Source: Rhizophagus irregularis (taxonomy: Eukaryota). Taken from it: DNA of 64,000 nucleotides. The notes below the pieces were generated by a model. It saw nothing but the letters and a program-made list of their open reading frames with translations, did not search any database and was not told the DNA's origin. The stretch's first letter is position 1, and each line of letters opens with the position of its first letter. Positions 51,772-64,000 of the stretch are shown piece after piece. A program made the position numbers and the translations under genes. Location of the stretch: the NCBI RefSeq assembly GCF_026210795.1, contig NC_089430.1, positions 2,046,001 to 2,110,000 on the forward strand, read 5' to 3'.

Positions 51772-54700
51772 TTTAGTAATTTTATTGATGCTATTTGCTA
51801 TTTGTCTATTTTTATATATTGAAAAAAATTACTAATGATTATAATGATTATGCTTTCTAAGTTATGTTTGTATGTGAAGAAAATGCAAAAAAATGCAAAG
51901 TAATTATAATGTATGATGAAAAATATATGAGATTTTATATGTGAATCTATTTATCTATTTTAATGAATTGCTTGTTGGAAAAAACCTCTTTGAATTCCAT
52001 CGCTCTATATATACTTTTTTTTTCTTATTTTTCGGAGTATTAAAATGCTATTTATAGAACAATGAAAATCATTATTATAATGATGGTATTACGATAGACA
52101 AGAAAGTTTACTAAAAAAGGGGAAAAGGTAAAAATAGAATATTGTATGACAAATATAAGGCTTAGATTTACATTGGCGTTCCGCAGAAATTTCTTGGTGT
52201 AAATAAATTTCTTCGATAGAGCATTATATAATCATACTCATTCACAAATAACGAAATAACGTAGAATCAAAGAATGAAAAAAAATTTCTATTATGCGGAG
52301 AGTTTACTACGAAACGAATTTTCAATACAATAAGACGTCACATAAATTTGTACTTCGGTTTTTTAAATTTTGAATTTTTGGATTTTCGATATTTTATTTT
52401 AAAATAAGAAATAGAAGTGATACTAGTTTTCGTTTAGTTAATTTTTTACGACAAAACTTAATTTTTTTAATAGTAATAATAAAACAAATTTATAAAGGGA
52501 AATTTGATTCTTCTTATCCCGGAGTCAATTATTTTATAAATTCCTTTTAGAGAATCTATTCAACTTAATTAGATATCAAGACAAAGAACATACAGCAGCT
52601 ATGTTTTATATAATTGATTTCTTTTTCTTTTTAGTTTATTATAATTATTATTAGTTTATAATTATAAATAAATAATTAGTTTTTAATTTTTAAAATAAAA
52701 AAAAAGGCGATTTTTTGATTTTATATATGTAAATATATAAAAGGCAATTTGATATTCGATATAGTTTTCCTTTTTAGATTAGAAAGAATTTTTTGAATTT
52801 TTTTTTATAATGATATGTATATAAAAGGAATTTGATTTCTTATTATTCGATTTTTTAGTTTGAAGTTTGCTACGTCAATTTTTATTCCAAATAAATAAAA
52901 TTTGGTTTTTTTTTTACTTTTTCAAAATTTAAAAAAAATTGATTTTTTTTCAAAAAAAAAAAAATAAAATATAAATAAAATAAAATAAAAAATTTTTGAA
53001 ATTTTTTTTTATATTTACATATTTTTCTTTTTTGATAGTTTTAATTTTAATGTAATATTAAATGTAAATGTAATAACTAGCAGAAATCTTAATTATTATG
53101 TAATTGATTTAATTAATTAAAAAATTTTTTAATAATGAATAAATTTATTAATACTGTAATAATATTAAAATAACGAATTAAACTTAATTTATTTCAATAT
53201 AAAAACATTTAAATAATTATCAAATACTATCGGATTATTTTATAGTATAGAAATTCTAGCGTTTCTTACGTTTCTTAGTAACAAATTTTTCATACTTATT
53301 AATTAAATATACTATTTATTTGATTAATTTGATTATTTTAATTTAAAAAATAAAAAATAAAATAATTTAAAAAAATAAAAAGAATTAATTATAGCCAATC
53401 AAAAATAGATAAGTTTTTCGTTAAGTATTAGATCGTCATGTAGTACGATCATTTTGACGTCTCACTCGTCTCAGTCGTCTCACGTTGACAATTTTTTTTT
53501 TAAATAAATATATCATTTTACTTAATATTCATATTTAAAAAATGTTAACCTAATTAAAGTTTGTTTTTCCGAAATCTAATTATTATACAAAATTTTGTAT
53601 CGAAATGAATAATCAATAAATAGTTCCAAGGAAACTTGTATAATAAAAAATTGTAACTTATTTACCAAATACATTAAAAGATGAGTTAGTAGTTTCCATT
53701 TTTATTATCAATTAAGTGAAGTGAATTTATCCTCACGAAAAGAGTTAGATCAAAAAGTGGAAAATGATTTCCATTTTCATTTTTGAATTTTTTCAAGAAA
53801 ACTTCATTCTTACGAAAAAAGAAAAAAAAAACAATTTAGATCAAAAATGGAAGGTAATTTCCATTTCTAATGAAAAAAAGTGGGTTTACATATTAAATCA
53901 GAAAAAAGGACACTCTTCTTTTGACATAGCATAATGTTTAATAATATTTCATACTTGTAATCAAACTATTTAGCATTAATTATATTACAAATAAAATACA
54001 TGATCTATTATAGCGAAAGTAAGTAAAATGTAGTATCTTAATAGTTTATTTTATTAAATAATAATATTAAAAGTGCATAAAAATAACTTTATAACATTTT
54101 CTTGCTAAATAAAAATTTATTCTAGGGTAGCGTGAATTTAGTTAATATAAATTTGTATAACTATACTTTCACAGGTAAAATAGCTTTTTTTTAATCAATA
54201 TTTTTTTTATTTTTATTTTAACATATAGACTGCAACGGGAGTGCTACAAATTTTGTAGTTGAACGCTTTACAAAAATTTTTTTAATCAATAAATAATATT
54301 ACCGAAAATAATCGTCCGAATCATGTGCGCAGATCATGTGTAACCTGGCAACAAATCCGGCTTTGTGATGTTGGAAATGGTTGGAAATCACGTGATACTA
54401 TTTTTACAGACGTAATAAGATTTTTAGCACAAAAAATCCTTGCGTGTTTTTGCCAACATCTTACATGATCAATATCAATTTCAACCATTTTGAAAATATA
54501 TATCATATATTCAACGAATAATCCTGATTACGGTTCTATAGTTTAGGGAATAAAATAATTGTTTTAGTTTCGACAGTTATACTAACTTACTACCTTAGAA
54601 TTATTATGATACTAACAATTTATTTGTCTGATTTGAAATTTTACAATGAATTTTTTAGACACTTGGAAAAATATACAAATAAACGGCTGATATTCAAATT

Positions 54701-54806
54701 ATGATTCAGTCCAGTTATATATTTTAATAGGAATTTTTATACATACTTAACAGAATAAAGCATAATATGGTACCATCTGTCTTATTTGAAAAGCTCATTT
54801 CAATTA

Positions 54807-55490
54807 CTATGTAGACATATTATTAATAGGTTGTGATTTGATAATATCTAAAATTGGTGTAATAATTTCTTTATTTGTTTGGAGTATCCATAATTTAAAC
54901 TTAACAATTCCATTACAGACTTTAGACAATATGCTTAAAAATTTAATAGTATTCTGCCATCTTATATCATACATTATTTCCACTTCTAAATATTTTAGAT
55001 TTGCAATTCCTGAACTATAAGTCGTAACATTGGAAATATCTGGTAGGTTATAGCTTTCATGATCCAGGAAAATGACAAATTCTTTCATGTTTGATCTTGC
55101 TCTCATAAGCATATGATATATAACATCAATCAACTTTTGAATTATAAAGTATTGATCAACCATAGGAGGAAGCCAACTTAGTATTCTTATTACACAATAA
55201 CAATGATCAAATTTTCTTACAAATGTTTCATATTCAAATAGAGGAGTCTGATGATTAATATTTATTCCGTAAGGGATTAATGAAGAAATTTCATCTTCAT
55301 TAAGACACTTTAGTAAAGTATTTATTAACAACCCATTAGTACATGAATTTCCAAAAGGATTTCTCCAAATTATAGGAATAGAAAGTTTACAAAAATATCT
55401 ATTTACAAATAGACATTTATGTAAAGTACTTCTATTAAGAAAGGAGAGTATATTATTAAAATTCTCTTCAGGTAATGGAGATAAAGGCAT
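54807..55490 (-). CDS. F-box domain protein (possibly C-terminally truncated)
   Basis: N-terminal LPEENFNNILSFL..LHKCLFVNRYFC..IPIIWRNPF, an F-box-like motif, followed by an LRR-like region. Confidence 0.7.
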   Translation of the reverse strand: MPLSPLPEENFNNILSFLNRSTLHKCLFVNRYFCKLSIPIIWRNPFGNSCTNGLLINTLLKCLNEDEISSLIPYGININHQTPLFEYETFVRKFDHCYCVIRILSWLPPMVDQYFIIQKLIDVIYHMLMRARSNMKEFVIFLDHESYNLPDISNVTTYSSGIANLKYLEVEIMYDIRWQNTIKFLSILSKVCNGIVKFKLWILQTNKEIITPILDIIKSQPINNMST

Positions 55491-56810
55491 CTTAAGAAAA
55501 AGAAGAAAAGTAACAGAATTTTTAGAAGTAAAGAATTGTAAAAAAAAAAATTTGGAAAGAGTTATTTGAACTTAAAATATTTGGAAAATTACCCCTACTT
55601 TATACTATTTTAAGGCAACACCAGAGTTTATTCTTTTATCAAGAAAGGTATTTTTTTTTTTGATATTATCAATAGAGTATTCAGATGACTTTTAAAAAAT
55701 AACATACTCAAAATAACTAGATGAGTTTTATTATGATCAAATATCATATCTAATAATCATATATAAACTGGAAACTGTATAGTACATAAACAAGTATGTG
55801 AAAATAACATGTGGCTTATTGATTGATACGGACGTTAGCGTTCGCTAACCGAGGAAGATTTCTTCGTTATTGATGGTATGTTATTTTACTTTACTTTTCG
55901 TTTTTTTTCCTCCTCCTATTTTCTTTTTTCCCGTTTTATTATTTTATTTTGTTACAATTGTATTTTATTTTCTCTATAACATTAATATTTTGATAATTTT
56001 TATAAATAATTGATCGCCGTTTTCAAAATGGTGCGACCTTTAATCATGTGGTGTCGTAATAAAAATTCTCAAATTTTTCGAATTTTTGCGAACTTTCTTA
56101 AAAAACACTGCGAATTTCTTTACAGTTACAAAATATAAGTCCTCGATTTACTAAAGTCTAAGTTTTGTAAGTGTAAAGCAGTTTTATTCCTTCGAATTTA
56201 TCTCTTACTAAACGAATTTCCACAAATTTTCACGATCTCTTTCGAACTCTTTGTAAGGTTCATAGTTAATTCCTTTACAACAAGAAAATGTAAGTACTCT
56301 AGTTTCCTTTAGTTTAAAGTTTTATGAGCTGAAGTTTTAAGTCTTTAACTTTTAAAATAAATACTTTATTTTTATTCCAATTAAGTGTGATGTTTTAATA
56401 TTTTATTAAAATTTAATCAATAAGATAAATAAACTAATTTTAACATCTTGTAAGTATCTAGATTTTAATTTTTAAATAGAAGAAATGTAGTAGTTATTTG
56501 CTTTTATATTTTTAAAGAATTTTTCGTTCTTTGTCACGTGATCAAAATTAAATTATGATTGGTCAAAGATGTTTAATGTTGCGCGAATTTGAAATTCGAA
56601 TTGCTATTTTGAAGATTGCAACGGCGATTGTACTTTTTTTTGGGGGGCCAAAATAATCATCATAAGTCATATAAGCAACCAAATTAAATACTAATTTCCG
56701 ACTAAATCCCGTGAGTATGATACATTTATGGAAATAACATGGAATAAAAAAACGGAATAAAGTTCTTATAGAAAACATAATAAATAACTTTTATTATTTA
56801 ATTTATCAAG

Positions 56811-57047
56811 AATATAAATTTTTACTAATTATTTGATTTTAAACATTAAAATTTTTATTTTAAAAAAAAAAATGTAATTAAACATAATTTTTATTGATTT
56901 AATCAATCAAAAATAAGAAAACGCATTAAAATTAATTCCAGTTATTCAAGGACTTTTTTCACCATCTCAAAAAACAATAATGAGGAACTAGTAAGAGATG
57001 GAAAATAATTTTCATATTAAACATGTATTCTATATTATATATTGATA
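56811..57047 (+). repeat. Chimeric local duplication of the 5' flank and last exon/3' flank of the 60594 kinase
   Basis: 56811-~56900 matches ~60079-60175, and ~56898-57047 matches ~63052-63203. Confidence 0.85.
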
Positions 57048-59075
57048 GATTTTCTATTCAATTTATAATTCCAAGCATAATACCAAGGATGTTGATTTGG
57101 TTCAATTGGAATAGTTCCATTACTTTTCAACTTATTAACCCAATGTTTAAGTGGTGTATCTCCATCACATATTAAAGTTGGTTTCAAACAATCCAAAACA
57201 TATTTAAATAATAAATCACCAGTAATATCAGGGATTTCAAGTAAACTAGCAACATAATCAGCTGATTTAACTTTAATATTTATTGGTTCCCAAATATCTT
57301 CATCAACACTCCAGCGGTTCCAGGAAGCACTTGCACCAATTCCAAGTACAAATGTATGCTTAGAGACAAGTTTTGAAAATTTGCCACTGCGACTCTGATA
57401 AGGATGAATTTCCAATGGATCTTCAAATGAAATATCCACATTATCAATGTCAAACGAATCACTGAAATAAATGTGATTTGTGATTAGCATCAATTTATTT
57501 TAAAAATAATATAATTATTCTTGATAAATTAGAACGCATACCTGTCATCTTCATCTTTGTCTTCATCACTTAAAAAATTAAGTAATTGTTAAATGCTAAG
57601 TAAGAAATAAATAATATAATTATTCTTGATAAATTAGAACACATACCTGTCTTCATCTTCATTTCTCAATTATATTATGAGCAATTGATAATATATCTTT
57701 ATCAAGGTTTGAAAGTCGAGGATAATTATCAATTGCAAATTGATGAAACCAGCCTTTGGTTAATTTAGTACAGATCCTAACAAGTGCCAATTTATAAGAA
57801 TTTTCTTGATCTTTGGAGATCATTGGAATAAGATATCTTTCAAGTGCAATAACCATTGCTACTTCTTTTATACAATTAATTTTTGTTTGATAGTCAAGTT
57901 TTTCAAAAAGGGATTTTTTTATCAATGCTTTAGACTATATTATAATTATTTAATTAAACAATTAGTATTTAAATGAAATTTTAATTAAAATACATAATCA
58001 TTATTTTCCTTTATGTAATTACCTGGCCATCCCTTAAACCTTGATAAATTGGATGATCACCATATTTTACAAGTTCATATAAATCCTCATGGGAAATACA
58101 TTGTTGTACAAAAAGATTATCTTCATATTCCAAGAAATCATTATTGGACATATTTAAGTTGATATATGCATCTGATTTACCTTGTATAATTTCAGTTTCT
58201 TTAATACGAGTTTCTAATATAAGTTCAATTAACTCATCACGTTGTGGACTATATAGTGGTTGAATTATTGAAACTTTATCTTTATTATAATCTAATAAAA
58301 TTCTCAACAAATGTAAATCTGAAATATTTTTATGAAAATCTGCTGGCCAATAAATTTGAGATGTTTTCAAAGCTTCAAGAATTTTCAATGGAGCAATAAT
58401 ACATAAGAAATTTGACAATAATGGAAGCATTATTTTATCTTCAATATTACGACATAATTCTAAAATCATTAGAGCACTCATTTTTGGGTGAACATCATTA
58501 AACCTTTCAAATTCAATTTCATTGATTTCATCATCATCTTGCATATCGTCATCTTGCATATCATCATCTTTCATATTATCTTCAGAATCTTCAGCATTAG
58601 ATTTTTTATAATTATCTTCAAAAATGTCAAAATTGAATTCATTATCATCTTGCATATCATCAACTTTCTCATTATCTTCAGAATTATATTCAAAGATGGA
58701 TTTCATGTTTCTGAGATCCACTTTCTCGGAGACAAGTTCAATATCAAAGCTAATAAGTTTTTTATCTGCTGTATATTGATCAATATACTTTCCAGCAAGT
58801 TTTAGTCCACCTCCTGGATAATAAATTAATTTTATATATTTAAAAGTAGCATTAGATTCTTTAACTTTATTAATAAATAAAGTTGTTTGTAAAGGAGTTG
58901 CCATCAAATCCCAATCATTAGGTTCACGAAAAGAAATAATATGCCATTTTGCAGCGCGTGAGCCAATAAGAACAGGATAATCTATAAGTGAATTGTTGTC
59001 TTCATTCTTGATTATATTATTTAAAATGATTAATATTTTCTTATAATTATCAGCAAGGATTTGAGGATTAGTCAT
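57035..59075 (-). CDS. Pol-beta-superfamily nucleotidyltransferase-like protein with phage-like C-terminal region; reading frame stops at 57659, leaving orphan downstream exons (possibly pseudogenising)
   Basis: VLIGSRAA-x-REPNDWDL (hGS..DhD) and FDIE. An intron at 58022-57935 joins GQ|SKAL. Then VIALERYLIP and CTKLTKGWF. Further GT-AG exons run down to 57035. Confidence 0.6.
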
Positions 59076-60593
59076 TTTTTTTTTAATAAAAAATTAAAGG
59101 TTCAGAGTTGAAAAAAAAGTTATATCTGAAAAAAAATTATCTTATATATAAATATATATTATATTAATTGTTTTAAATATGAATCATTACTATAATAATA
59201 TGATTTATTTTTAATCATCAAATACTTGTCATATAAACTTTATTTAGTCAGTACAAACATTACATCATGAAGATTAATTATATATTCTTGTCCAGAAATA
59301 ATTGACCAGCTTTTATCTTTAAAAATTCAACTTTATTTTAAACCAAATGTGATTTACCCTGTTGCAATGCAATAAGTATTTCAATTAAATTTTTACACAT
59401 TAAAATTTATTAATAATGATAAAATTTTGATATTTAATAAAGTAATATTATAGAAATAAAATTTTAGTCACTTGACATAACTCATTATTTTTGCAACACA
59501 TTGTATTTTGATACTAAGGGAGAATAACCTTAGTATTTACTCATCGTAACAAAGAAATAAGTCCATCAATACGAAAATAATTATGATTAATCAGTTAAAT
59601 CAATATTTGGTTTTAAACGATAATCGGTTTTACCGTAAATCGCTATGCATTAATTACGTAAAAGTTAAACAATTCTAATTGGCTAATAAATAAACCATGT
59701 GATATTTACTATTTATCATTAAAATATATTTATTATTTTACTTTTTATTTGAATATTTAATAGGTTTATTAAAAAATATTGGAGTGTTTTCACTACCTCC
59801 AACACTTCCATGAATTATATAAAAATTTTTCAGAAAAATGATCATGTGCCTACTTTTCTTCAGAATGAAAACTAGAAAAATTTTTTTATAGGGCATAATC
59901 CAAAAGGATGATTGTGATAGATGGTTGACATTATTAGAAGTTGCAAAAAATTAACACTTTTTCAAAATTTTTTCCATATTATTATTTTTTTTTATTTTTA
60001 TTTGTGAAAGACGTAAATTAGCGGGTCACGTGCAATGATGCAATACCTGTGCAATATACGGGGTGACCAATATTTTATAATATAATTTTTAACTAATTAT
60101 TTGATTTTAAACATAAAAATTTTTATTTTAAAAAAAAATAATTTTTATTGATTTTAAAAAAAACGTAACTAAACAACCGTTTTTTAGTCATTGATATTGC
60201 ATAATAATTTTTTTGTGTAGATAAAGAATTACTTTATTTTATTTTTTTTTTAATTTTACTAAAAATTAATATCCGTGCTTGTTTGTAATTAATTATAAAA
60301 AAATCTATTATCTGTTATATAAAAAAAAAAATCTTTACTAAAAAATATTAATTCTCGATATTCGTAGAACATACCAGAACCTTCGATCTAAAAATTAATC
60401 TTCCGTAAATCGGAATATGGCGTAATTTATTACCCATAAATGGTGGCGATCAGGGGACAATTACAATTACATACCAGATACAGTAATTACCGTGATCAGC
60501 TAATTTTTTTTATCTGAAGTTTGCATAATATTTAAATTGATACAATTTAATTTTTGATTTTGTTAAAAATAATAAATTATTTATTTTACTTAA

Positions 60594-61742
60594 ATGGAAC
60601 TTATTAAACTTGTTAATACAATAGATGAAAGTTCTTTTGACCCAACTCCAAAATTAAAATCTAGCCCCGTACCGATTTTTTTTGTTTCATTTATTAAGGA
60701 TGATAAAAATTGTATTGATTGTGGAGAAGAATATACACAAACGATTATTTATGATCAAAAATATTGCAAAAAATGTTTATCGTGTTATTTAACTAATATA
60801 ACCGATAACAATTTATATTTGGACGTATATTTATTAACAAAGGAATTAGAATGTAGTAAGCATGAAATAAATAGAACGAAAGTACCAAAAAATATTCAAG
60901 AATGCTGTAGAAATTGCTTGACAATATTATGTTTTAAACAAATAATTGGATATAATACTTATATTTATCGGCAATTGAAATCTTTTATATACAAAAACGT
61001 GTTCGAAAGTGAAAAATGTTGTAAACTATGTGGAAAATTATTATATAAAGGAATAGACGATGATATTATAGATGAATTTAAATTATGTTCAGATTGTTAT
61101 CTATTTCATCTTGGACGCATAGAATCGACCTTTAATAAAAATATTATTGAAATGATTTGTTTGCCATGGTGGGAAAATACACCTTTTTGTTATTGTAATG
61201 AAAAATTAGTAGTCACATCAGATTGTCAAAAGTATTGTAAGAATTGTTTCATATTTTTTATCGGATGTAGATATTGTCTAACGACAAATATTATTTTTGG
61301 AATTACAAATCAATCTCAATGTAAAAAATGCAAGAGAGTATCAACCATTATTTTAGATCTCACTAATATTTATAGTGGGAATAGTGTTTTAGATGATTTT
61401 CTTTTCAATATAAGACATGATCAATTGAATATATCTAAAGTTGTTAACAACTTAAAATGTATTGATAAATATTACATTCCATATAAAATATGTTATAATG
61501 CTTTAAGTGATAAAATTGGATCAGGAAAATTTATGAAATATATACCATATTCTCAATTTACAAATGTAAAAGAAATAACAGAAGGAGGATTTAGTATCGT
61601 ATATCAGGCAACTTTGCTAGATTGTTCAAAATATGATGAAGCAGATATGCATGATACGAGAGTTGTCATTTTAAAAAGATTTAAAAACCCTCAATATGTT
61701 AACAAATATTTTTTAAATGAGGTAAATATTTTTAATAATTCA

Positions 61743-61782
<40 letters not shown>

Positions 61783-63147
61783 TTAATATTATAAAACAAT
61801 TTAATTTTAATCTTGAAATTTATAGTTAAGGTCGAATCATCATTGTTATGATCGTTTTAGTTATAATATTATTAGAACTTTTGGTTTTACAAAAGATCCC
61901 AAATGGGATGGTTACATGTTAGTTATGCAATATGCATCGGAAGGAGATTTACATAAATATTTACAAAAGAAATTTACAGAAATTAATTGGGAACAAAAAA
62001 TATCAATCTTATATGATATTTCACTTGGGTATTTATAATTTAAAAATATATTAGTAAATGATTAATTTATTATACTGATTTATTAATTGTTTTTATTTTA
62101 AAAGACTTCAGAATATTCATCGGACAAATTTTGTACATCGAGATTTACATAGTGGTAATATATTGGTAGATTTACCATCTTATTACGAAACTTGTAAAAT
62201 CGGGGATCTAGGATTATCGCGACATGCAAATGGTACCTCTTCGGATAATGAAATATATGGAGTAGTACCTTATATTGCACCAGAAATATTTAAAGGGTCT
62301 GCATTTTCTAAAGAATCTGATATTTATAGTCTGGGTATGATCATGTGGGAACTTACGACAGGCTGTAAACCTTTTACTGACGTTGAACATGATCATAGTC
62401 TTATTTTTAATATTCTTGATGGCGCACGACCTGAAATTACAGAAGATACACCAGAATGTTATACTAATTTAATGAAAAGTTGTTGGGATTCTGATCCCGA
62501 AAAAAGACCTTCTATAGTCGAAATTTGTAATATTTGTAATTCATGGATTAAAGATCATGCTAAGAATTTTACTCATGCTGAATTAAAAAGGAAAAAGTTA
62601 ATTAAATCAAAGAAACTTGGTCCCAAGTTTGCCAAAAAACCTCATCCAAAATCTATTTATATAAGTAGATCATTAAATTCTTACATTTCTAAATGTTCAT
62701 CTATCAATTTTTCATCAAATGGTATGTACGATATTATTTTATTAAAATTATCTTTGGATAATTAAATTAAATATCTTTTTTATAGATTACATTTCAAATG
62801 AAATAGAATTTGACATAGATATCGAAAGGTATTTTAAATTAAAATATTGGTTAAATTATTAAATTTAACAACGAAAGCCTTTTAATAAATAAATACAATT
62901 TTTATATTAGTAATGGATCCAACGTAATCAAAACTAAGCGAAATATTAAAGAATTAAGTATTAATTCTTGTGAAAATAATGGTAATTATTTTTATTTGAT
63001 TAAATGTTAAAGAATGTTTTTTGTTAATAATTTTTTTTTTATTAATTATTTTTTAATCAATCAAAAATAGGAAAACGCATTAAAATTAATTCCAGTTATT
63101 CAAGGACTTCTTTCACCATCTCTCAAAAAACAATAATGAAGTACTAG
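60594..63147 (+). CDS. Cys-rich N-terminal domain + TKL protein kinase, apparently intact
   Basis: FDPTPKLKSSP, multiple CxxC, GCRYCLTTNIIFG, ITEGGF, HRDLHSGN, GDLG and YIAPE. Same intron positions as the paralogs. Last exon GKRIKIN...MKY* at 63145-47. Confidence 0.88.
61742..61781. repeat. (TAT)n microsatellite in kinase intron 1
   Basis: About 13 TAT units; this is the poly-Tyr seen in the ORF track, which is intronic read-through. Confidence 0.9.
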
Positions 63148-63459
63148 TAAGAGATAGAATATAATTTTCATATTAAACATGTATTTTATATTATATATCG
63201 ATATGTGTATTTTATTTAATGATTAGCTAGTGATTAAGCTTTTGTAAGAATAACTCATTTTATATGTAGATATCACAAGACGTGTTTGTTACGATAAATC
63301 TTGCCAACACACATATTCTTTCAATATATTAAATTTATAATAAACATTCTTGATCATGATGGTTGTGATGAAGTATTAATGCTAATGAATTATCGTCCAT
63401 GTCATCATTGATTAATAGATGCATAAGTCGTAAAATTATGTCAGGTTGATTTAAAGATG

Positions 63460-63780
63460 TTCAGCCGGTCTTTCGGTCTTATTCGGTCCTGTACGGCCTT
63501 TATAGAAAAAATCCCTGATCTGGCATCTAAAATTTTTGTGTCGCAGCGGGATTGGCAAAAATTGGTCTCTATTCTGCTTTTTCTAAAGCTAGCAGAGACC
63601 AAATTAGCCAAAGACCGAGAAAAGAAAAAAATAGATTTCGATCATGAAAACTAATCTAATCTTGAATTGGCTGATTGGATTAAAACCAAACTTTACCACT
63701 TTTCAGTCCTTAACGAATCTACTGCGACACAAAAGTTTAGAGGCACAGTTCCTAGAAAATTTCAAGACCGGTCTTTCAAG
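63460..63780. mobile_element. Foldback/MITE-like nested inverted repeat
   Basis: TCTAAAATTTTTGTGTCGCAG (~63526) pairs with CTGCGACACAAAAGTTTAGA (~63722). Inner arms TTGGCAAAAATTGGTCTCT / AGAGACCAAATTAGCCAA. CGGTC/GACCG repeats. Confidence 0.55.
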
Positions 63781-64000
63781 ATATTTGTAGAAAGCTATAG
63801 AATGTTACAAAATAATCAGTTATGATGATTAATAATGTTAATTCATTATTTCATTTTTACCGCACAAAGTAAATACAGCTTAAGTAACTATTACAAAGAT
63901 ATACTAGCACCGAAGCAATAAATGTCATGAGTAAACGGTCCATGTACCAAACACGTGACATTTATCTATTACACGTGACGAATTAAATTTTGATCGAAGC

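Overview
AT-rich, intron-containing eukaryotic DNA with short GT-AG introns. The gene content (expanded tyrosine-kinase-like kinases with HRDFHSGN/DLG motifs, HSPA12-like Hsp70, F-box, MBOAT_2, Uma2-like nuclease) suggests an arbuscular mycorrhizal fungus of the Glomeromycotina, Rhizophagus-like; this is inference only. The window holds five TKL kinase loci, three of them with a Cys-rich multi-CxxC N-terminus and two disrupted. It also has a decayed fucosyltransferase-like gene, a PD-(D/E)xK/Uma2-like gene, an HSPA12-like gene, a wax-synthase-like MBOAT, an F-box gene and an intron-containing Pol-beta-type nucleotidyltransferase-like gene that resembles phage proteins. DNA transposons are dense: one apparently intact 3.2-kb hAT, one hAT fossil carrying nested insertions, a MULE fossil and several MITE families with visible TIRs and TSDs. 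The most unusual structure is a family of non-autonomous elements with CCCT(A/G)T termini and 3-bp TSDs whose cargo is arrays of splice signals, including nine tandem ~30-nt non-coding micro-exons. No CRISPR, rRNA or tRNA was seen. All calls are by eye; no searches were run.
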